From positions 2,432,001 to 2,496,000 of the forward strand of contig CBDCXL010000002.1 in NCBI GenBank assembly GCA_965223795.1: a stretch of DNA of 64,000 nt, read 5' to 3'. The DNA comes from Nitrospinales bacterium (GTDB lineage: Bacteria > Nitrospinota > Nitrospinia > Nitrospinales > VA-1). Position numbers and translations under genes: made by a program. Below the pieces are notes generated by a model that worked only from the letters and a program-made list of their open reading frames with translations, was not told the DNA's origin and did not search any database. Shown here in pieces: positions 57,932 through 64,000 of the stretch; within the stretch, counting starts at the first letter, position 1; every line of letters begins with the position of its first letter.

Positions 57932-57993
57932 GCGGAACCCGTTAAGGTAGAGCCTTAAAGAACCTCTGTTTGTCAGAAAGTGAGTGAATCAAG

Positions 57994-60858
57994 ATGTTTA
58001 CCCCGATATTGAGCCGCAAGTTGAGCCTGAGCATTCTGGAGAAAACCTTCGGACCCGATCATCCCAAGGTGGCCGAGTCGCTCAGCAACCTGGTCAAGTC
58101 CTACAAACACAAGGCGGATTACGACAAACTGGAGCCCTTGCTGCAGCGCGCTGTGGAAATGGCGGAAAAGAGCCAGGGACCCGACCATCCGGAGGTGGCG
58201 GTCGCGCTCAACGAGCTGGCGGAACTGTATCGCAATAAGGGGGATTTCAACAAGGCGGAGCCGCTTCTGCAGCGTTCGCTGAAAATCCAGGAGAAAACCC
58301 TGGGCCCGGATCATCCCGATGTGGCCACGACGCTCAACAATCTGGCGATCCTGTTCGAGGACATGGGCTTTTACTCCAAAGCCTATCCTCTGCTTTTGCA
58401 GTCGCTCAAGATCCGCGAAAAGTCCCTGCGTCCGGATCATCCGGCGGTGGCCGAATCGCTCAACAATCTGGCGGAACTGTATTATTACGACATGGGGGAC
58501 TACGCCAAGGCGGAACCCCTGCTTTTGCGTTCCCTGAAACTGAGGGAAATGGCGCTGGGGCCGGACCATCCCGACGTCGCCTCGACCCTGACCAACCTCG
58601 CGGTGCTGTACAAGGCCATGCAGCAGTACGACAAGGCCGAACCGCTGGTGGTGCAGGCGCTCGGGATCATCGAAAAGCAGTCCAACGATCTGGAAGTGGC
58701 GGAGGCGCTGAATTTTCTCGGCGATCTTTTGGTCGAGAAGGAGGAGTACTCGAAAGCCGAACCGCATTTTCAGCGGGCGATCAAGATCAAGGAAAAAGTC
58801 CTCGGCCCCAACCATGTGGAGGTGGCCGCGCTTCTGACCCAGCTTGCGGAAGTGTTCCGGCTCATGGGCACGTTCAAGAAGATGGAGCCCCTGCTCAAGC
58901 GGGCCCAGAAACTGTACGAGGACGCCCAGGGGATGGAGCACCCGGATGTGGCCATCGTGCTCAACCAGCTGGGCGACTATTACAAGAACCAGCAGGAATT
59001 CGGACAGGCCGAGCCGCTGTACTTGAGGGCTCTTAAAATCCGGGAAAAATCGCTCACTCCCGACCATCCGGACGTGGCCACGACGGTCAACGGCCTGGCC
59101 GGGCTGTACGACGCCCAGGGCAATCACGGCAAAGCGGAGAAACTCTACCTGCGCGGGCTGGATATCCGGGAAAAGGCGATGGGTCCGCACCATCCGGACG
59201 TGGCCCAGTCTCTGAGCAGCCTCGCCGCCCTGTACCAGGCGACGGGCGAATCCAAGAAGGCGGAGCCGATGCTGCGCCGCTCGCTCAACATCCTGGAAAA
59301 ATCCCTCGGGCCGGACCATCCGTTCGTGGTCGAATCGCTCAACAACCTGGCGGAACTGCACAAAAAACTCGGCGATCTCGACAAAGTGGAGCCGCTGCTG
59401 CAGCGTTCCCTGAAAATCCAGGAGAAGAATCTGGGCGAAAACCACGCCGACGTCGCGCAGGCGCTGCACAACCTGGCGGAACTGTATGAAGAGAAGGGCG
59501 ATTTCGCCAAGGCGGAGCCGCTGTACACGCGCTGCCTCAGCGTCACCGAGAAGAACCAGGGCGCGGAACACACCGACGTGGCGTTTGCGATCGACCACCT
59601 CGCCGGACTGTACACCGCGATGGGCGATTATGCGAAGGTGGAGCCGCTGTACCAGCGGGCGCTGAGCATCCGCGAAAAAGGGCTGGGGCCGGACCATCCG
59701 CAGGTCGCCGAATCGCTGTCCAATCTGGCGGAGCTGTTCCGCAACAAGGGCGATTTCTCAAACGCGGAGCCGCTGCTTCTGCGTTCTTTGAAGATCCGTG
59801 AAAAAAGCCTGCATTCAGACCATCCCGAAGTGGCGGTCACGCTGCACGCACTGGCGTCGCTGTACCGCAGCAAGGGCGAGCTGACGATGGGCGAGCCGCT
59901 GTTCCTGCGGGCGCTCAAGATCCGCGAGCAGTCTCTGGGCCCGGACCACTCGGACGTGGCGGACACCCTGAGCGGGCTGGCGGAACTGTACCGGCTGGGC
60001 CGCGAGTACGACAAGGCGCAGCCGCTGTTCCTGCGGGCGCTGGCGATCCATGAAAAGACGCTCGGCCCGGATCACCCGGAAGTGGTGCGCGCGCTGAACA
60101 ATCTTGTGGAGCTGTACCAGTCGAAGGGGGACGTCGCGAAAACCGAACCGCTGCTCGTCCGCCTTCTGCAGATCGCCGAGCAGACGCACGGATCGGACCA
60201 CATGGACGTGGCCGACGCGCTGTACAACATGGCGCAGCATTACGGCGAAATCCAGGATTACAACAAGGCATACCCGCTGCTGCGGCGGGCGCTCAAGATC
60301 AAGGAGACGGCGCTCGGGGTGAATCACCTGGAAGTGGCGGCGGTCGTCAGCCTTCTGGGTGTGATGTACCGGGGCATGAAGGATTACAAAAAGGCGGAAC
60401 CGTTGTACATCCGGGCGCAGAAAATCATCGAAAAGAACAAGGGCACGGATCATCCCGATCTGGTGGACCTGCTCAACGGCCTGGGCGAGCTGTACTACGA
60501 GATGGGCGACTACCCGAAGTCCGAACCGCTTTATCAGCGGGCGCTGGCGATCAAGGAAAACCACCTGCGCGTTTTCGAATCGAAGAACCCATCCAACGAA
60601 AAAGCTCCGGCCGTGGAGCCGCAAAAGACCATTCAGATCGATTTTTCCGCCACAAAGGAACAGCTTTTGTCCATCCTGCCGGCGCTGGCGGAGCTTGCGG
60701 AAAAATCCGACGGCAAGACGATCAGCTTCAAAGTGGGCGCCCGGTCCGAAAACGGGTTCGACCCTTCCTGGTTGTCCTCGGACATTCAGGAACCCCTCCT
60801 GACCGCGAAGATCGAGTACGAACTGAAAAACCAGAACGGCGGCAAAGGCAAGAAGTGA
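57994..60858 (+). CDS. Long TPR protein with about 20 kinesin-light-chain-type 42-aa repeats
   Basis: Repeats of 'LGPDHPxVAxxLNNLAxLY...GxYxKAEPLxxRxLxIxEK'. Confidence 0.93.
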   Translation: MFTPILSRKLSLSILEKTFGPDHPKVAESLSNLVKSYKHKADYDKLEPLLQRAVEMAEKSQGPDHPEVAVALNELAELYRNKGDFNKAEPLLQRSLKIQEKTLGPDHPDVATTLNNLAILFEDMGFYSKAYPLLLQSLKIREKSLRPDHPAVAESLNNLAELYYYDMGDYAKAEPLLLRSLKLREMALGPDHPDVASTLTNLAVLYKAMQQYDKAEPLVVQALGIIEKQSNDLEVAEALNFLGDLLVEKEEYSKAEPHFQRAIKIKEKVLGPNHVEVAALLTQLAEVFRLMGTFKKMEPLLKRAQKLYEDAQGMEHPDVAIVLNQLGDYYKNQQEFGQAEPLYLRALKIREKSLTPDHPDVATTVNGLAGLYDAQGNHGKAEKLYLRGLDIREKAMGPHHPDVAQSLSSLAALYQATGESKKAEPMLRRSLNILEKSLGPDHPFVVESLNNLAELHKKLGDLDKVEPLLQRSLKIQEKNLGENHADVAQALHNLAELYEEKGDFAKAEPLYTRCLSVTEKNQGAEHTDVAFAIDHLAGLYTAMGDYAKVEPLYQRALSIREKGLGPDHPQVAESLSNLAELFRNKGDFSNAEPLLLRSLKIREKSLHSDHPEVAVTLHALASLYRSKGELTMGEPLFLRALKIREQSLGPDHSDVADTLSGLAELYRLGREYDKAQPLFLRALAIHEKTLGPDHPEVVRALNNLVELYQSKGDVAKTEPLLVRLLQIAEQTHGSDHMDVADALYNMAQHYGEIQDYNKAYPLLRRALKIKETALGVNHLEVAAVVSLLGVMYRGMKDYKKAEPLYIRAQKIIEKNKGTDHPDLVDLLNGLGELYYEMGDYPKSEPLYQRALAIKENHLRVFESKNPSNEKAPAVEPQKTIQIDFSATKEQLLSILPALAELAEKSDGKTISFKVGARSENGFDPSWLSSDIQEPLLTAKIEYELKNQNGGKGKK

Positions 60859-60910
60859 TCCCGGGCTGGCGTTCGATTTCATTTCACCCATTCCCAATGC
60901 GAGGTGTTCT

Positions 60911-61522
60911 ATGATGAAGCGCGCGAATCGAAAGCGGTTGTTCCCTGTTGTGCTGGCGTTCGGTATTTTTATGACGGCGCCTCAACTGAGTCCGGCCACG
61001 GCGGAAGCGCAGTGGAGCCGGGCGGGCAAGGCCGATGTGTTCGCGTTTTTCCGCCACTCCGGCGGCGACGACGTGCGGGCGCCGGTGGTCGGAACCCTGG
61101 AAGTTTCCGACTTCAATGTGTTCGGCGCGGGCGCGGGGTACAACATCAATTCGCATTTCAACGTCAACGCCAATCTGCATTATGGAGGCGCGGACTTGAA
61201 AGGGAGGGTGATCAGCAGCACCATCACCGCCGATTCCGATGTAGTCGGCGGGGATTTCAATGTGGATTTCAATGCGCTCAAAACCCGGTTCACGCCCATG
61301 TTCTCCGGCGGTATCGGGTTTCTCAACTTTCATGGCGACGTGAACGGCGTCGATTTCAACGAGACGAACTTTTCCTACAATCTGGGCGGCGGGCTGCGCT
61401 GGGATTTCACGGACAAACTGATGCTGAAAGCGCTGTACCGGCTGACCTGGACGGAGCTGGAAGACACGCGCGAAACACTTCTTCTCGACGCCGTCGAGGT
61501 GAAGGTCGGGCTCATGTTTTGA
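60911..61522 (+). CDS. Small outer-membrane beta-barrel protein (OMP_b-brl/OmpA-like)
   Basis: Signal peptide; 'FTPMFSGGIG', 'FSYNLGGGLRW', terminal 'GLMF'. RBS GAGGTG. Confidence 0.85.
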   Translation: MMKRANRKRLFPVVLAFGIFMTAPQLSPATAEAQWSRAGKADVFAFFRHSGGDDVRAPVVGTLEVSDFNVFGAGAGYNINSHFNVNANLHYGGADLKGRVISSTITADSDVVGGDFNVDFNALKTRFTPMFSGGIGFLNFHGDVNGVDFNETNFSYNLGGGLRWDFTDKLMLKALYRLTWTELEDTRETLLLDAVEVKVGLMF

Positions 61523-61593
61523 CCGGAATATTTTTTATACATCTTGCATGCTCCGCTGATCTGGGAAGCATGTTCAAGGAGTGAACGTAAACA

Positions 61594-62166
61594 ATGGCAA
61601 ACGCCAACTTCAATCGACAGAAAGTCGACCGCAACGGTTCCGACCGCAGGAAGTCGGAGAACCGGAAATCTGACCGGCGCAAGTCCGACCGCAGGAAATC
61701 GCGGCGCGGCGCGGCGGAACGGAGGATCGCGGACCGCAGGTCCCAGGAAAGACGGACTTCCGGCCGGAGAAAAAAGAGGGCGCTGCTGAAAACCACGCTC
61801 CAGGGACGAAACCTCAGCGGTCTGAACTTGAGCGGCAAAAACCTGAAGGGCGTGGACCTGACCGGAGCGGATCTCAGCTACGCCAATCTCAGCGGACTGG
61901 ATCTGTGGAACACGGTGCTCAGGGACGTGAACCTCATGGGCGCGGATCTGACCTGGACGGATTTGAAAGGCGCGGATCTTTCCGGCGCGCAGCTTCTGGA
62001 AACCAACCTGGCCGAAGCCGATCTGCGCTTCGCAAAAAATCTCACCGCAGAACAGCTTGAAGGAGCGTTCCTCGATCTCAAAACGCAGCTTCCCGAGCGC
62101 ATGGAGATCCACTGGATCAATGATGCGGAATTTGAAGTGCGGGAAGCCGCCGCCTCGGGAACGTGA
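61594..62166 (+). CDS. Pentapeptide repeat protein with N-terminal (D/E)RRxS repeats
   Basis: 'SDRRKSENRKSDRRKSDRRKS...' followed by ADL/ANL repeats. RBS AAGGAG. Confidence 0.9.
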   Translation: MANANFNRQKVDRNGSDRRKSENRKSDRRKSDRRKSRRGAAERRIADRRSQERRTSGRRKKRALLKTTLQGRNLSGLNLSGKNLKGVDLTGADLSYANLSGLDLWNTVLRDVNLMGADLTWTDLKGADLSGAQLLETNLAEADLRFAKNLTAEQLEGAFLDLKTQLPERMEIHWINDAEFEVREAAASGT

Positions 62167-62461
62167 ATTTTTCCTTTTGTTTTCTTTTTAGATCGTTCTG
62201 ATTTTGCTTCTCCGATTTTTTTTAATCGGATTCCAGCCTTTTCCTGAATCCAACCCTACCTGCATTCTTTTCATCTTCCTCGTCAAGCGGATGAAGGTTT
62301 TTCCCTGAATTCCCAATCCTTGCCTTTTCGGGCATGATTTTTTTTCTGTAATTTTGACTCAATCGTGACACGCGGTTGACGTGCCTGTGACCGTGCGGGC
62401 TTATACTTGCGCCTTGGGTCCCGGATGGATGGACGACCTGGATACCCGGATTGGAGCAGGT

Positions 62462-63094
62462 ATGTACCCCAAACAGGCAGCGGTCCTTTTCACTTCCCTC
62501 ATGTTGCTGGCGGCGTGTTCCTCGCAGGAACCCGTTCTGGAAAACGCCGGCAACCCCGAACCCGTGCAGGCGCTCGCCACGGACGCCCAGCTCCCTGAAG
62601 AAGGCGAGGCGGCGGTCGAAACCGAGCTTGCGGCACTGCCGCCCGCGGAGACGGAATCCGTCACAGCGGATACAGAATCCATAGAACTTGAAAAAGCGCT
62701 CGATCCGATCGAGACGGTGCGCGCGGAAATCAAGATCCTCGAAGCGGATCTCATGAAAGCGCCGTTCGATGCGGACATCCGTTTCATCCTGGCGTCGGAC
62801 TACTGGCGCATCGACGAGCTGGACAAGGCGGTGGAGTATTTCAACGAAACGCTCAGGCTCGATCCGATGTACCACGCGGCGCACTGGAACCTGAGCGTGC
62901 TGCACGACCAGAGAGGGCAGGGGCCGGAGGCCATCCTGCACATGCAGGCGGCGGAACGGATTTTCTTGGAAAAAGAAGACGTGAAGTCTCTGGCCAAGGC
63001 CAGAAGGCTGCTGCGCGGGTATTTCAGCAAGTACGGGTTTGAGCCTGAGGATTTTGCAATGCCGAAGGGTTTTTTCGCGCGGCTTTTCGATTAA
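62462..63094 (+). CDS. TPR-containing lipoprotein
   Basis: Lipobox 'LAAC'; 'AVEYFNETLRLDP....AHWNL'. Confidence 0.82.
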   Translation: MYPKQAAVLFTSLMLLAACSSQEPVLENAGNPEPVQALATDAQLPEEGEAAVETELAALPPAETESVTADTESIELEKALDPIETVRAEIKILEADLMKAPFDADIRFILASDYWRIDELDKAVEYFNETLRLDPMYHAAHWNLSVLHDQRGQGPEAILHMQAAERIFLEKEDVKSLAKARRLLRGYFSKYGFEPEDFAMPKGFFARLFD

Positions 63095-63127
63095 GAGCGC
63101 GCACTCACTTTACAGGAGCGGGATGTC

Positions 63128-63433
63128 ATGAAGCGTCACACACTGTTCGCCGCGGCTGCGTTCGCCGCGTTCATCGGTATCGGAGTTTTTCTGACCACGG
63201 GGTTTGCGCAGGAGAAACACTACGGAGACCGGCATTATGGCTATTCTCCGGATCTTTCCAGCTGTGTGTGTTCGGCTCCCCTGGATCTGACCACGCGGGC
63301 GAACCGCAGCGTGGGCCGCACATCGAGCCTGCGTTCGGAGCTGGAACCGAAATTTTTGATGAGCCTGTACAACTGCCAGTGCGGTCCGCTCTACTGCGCC
63401 GTTTCGGCCCAGTCGATTTCCTGCCGGAAATAA
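63128..63433 (+). CDS. Small secreted cysteine-rich protein
   Basis: Signal peptide; 'CVC', 'CQC...YC...SC'. RBS AGGAG. Confidence 0.7.
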   Translation: MKRHTLFAAAAFAAFIGIGVFLTTGFAQEKHYGDRHYGYSPDLSSCVCSAPLDLTTRANRSVGRTSSLRSELEPKFLMSLYNCQCGPLYCAVSAQSISCRK

Positions 63434-63474
63434 TAATTCATCACGCGGTCATTGCCTGGTGCATGGTCCGGCTG

Positions 63475-64000
63475 TCAGGGCTGGATGTCCGTTTCAGGGT
63501 TTTCGGCGGTGAGGGTTTCTTCCTGGATGTCGTCGTTGGTATTTTCCATGTTCATCCCGATGCCGCTGAACGCGTTCAGGGGAACGTTGGAGGTGAGCGT
63601 GGCTTCACCGAAAGAATCGGGCGAGGGTGAAAACGCGTCGAATTCACCGGCCTCATTATCAGGACGTGCCGCGGCTGCTTTTTCTTCATTCTGTCCGGCC
63701 TGAACCGTGTCCTCCACGGTTTCTTCGGCGGCCTCCTCAACAGCCGGTTCGGGCGCGGACGTTTCGGGAACGACCGGGTCCTCGGTCGCCACTGCGCCGC
63801 TGTCCACAGGGGCGGAACGTGAAAGAACGTCCGTTCCTTCCTTGCTTTCTCCGCTCATATCGTTCTCAACCACAGGCGGTTCCTGCGTTTCCGGTTCCAG
63901 CTTCGCCACATCGGCGGTGGATTTCTTCAGCTCGGTCACGATGCTTTTGAGCGCCACCACTTTCGGGTCGTCGGACGGGTGCGACTCTTCGGTCAAAGTC
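63475..64000 (-). CDS. C-terminal part of an acidic low-complexity protein; start probably outside the window
   Basis: Glu/Asp/Pro-rich ORF running to the window edge. Confidence 0.65.
   Translation of the reverse strand, partial: TLTEESHPSDDPKVVALKSIVTELKKSTADVAKLEPETQEPPVVENDMSGESKEGTDVLSRSAPVDSGAVATEDPVVPETSAPEPAVEEAAEETVEDTVQAGQNEEKAAAARPDNEAGEFDAFSPSPDSFGEATLTSNVPLNAFSGIGMNMENTNDDIQEETLTAENPETDIQP

Noticed and set aside
57994..60560. 126-bp periodic DNA repeats as a non-coding array
   Set aside because: Fully explained by in-frame 42-aa TPR coding repeats.

Overview
This is a gene-dense, GC-rich bacterial chromosomal window from a Gram-negative organism with many c-type cytochromes; the lineage cannot be established from the sequence alone. 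I found no rRNA, tRNA, CRISPR array, transposase or phage genes. Recognisable genes include glnS, glgP, an actP-type symporter with its small partner, an exported alpha-carbonic anhydrase, two radical SAM enzymes, ychJ, a CPA2 antiporter, a GT39 glycosyltransferase and several two-component proteins, including a YfiR/CHASE-HAMP-PAS kinase/NarL set near a TonB-dependent receptor. Two loci stand out. (1) At 43.9-55.6 kb a divergent redox cluster encodes a beta-barrel, a pentaheme lipoprotein, a tetraheme c554-like protein, a cNMP-binding/4x[4Fe-4S] protein, a His-containing membrane protein, a membrane-anchored decaheme cytochrome (split by a 1-nt frameshift in a G5 run) and a membrane-anchored FAD/NAD/2Fe-2S reductase. 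It may form a cyclic-nucleotide-gated electron conduit across the envelope, and a sigma-54 motif lies upstream of the leftward operon. (2) At 13.9-16.6 kb three Hsp20 paralogues appear to be targeted to different compartments (cytoplasm, Sec-exported, membrane-anchored), alongside a Cys-rich secreted protein and a micro membrane protein. The window also contains a MITE/REP-like element, a dispersed 32-bp repeat family and several small membrane ORFs below the ORF-track size cutoff.
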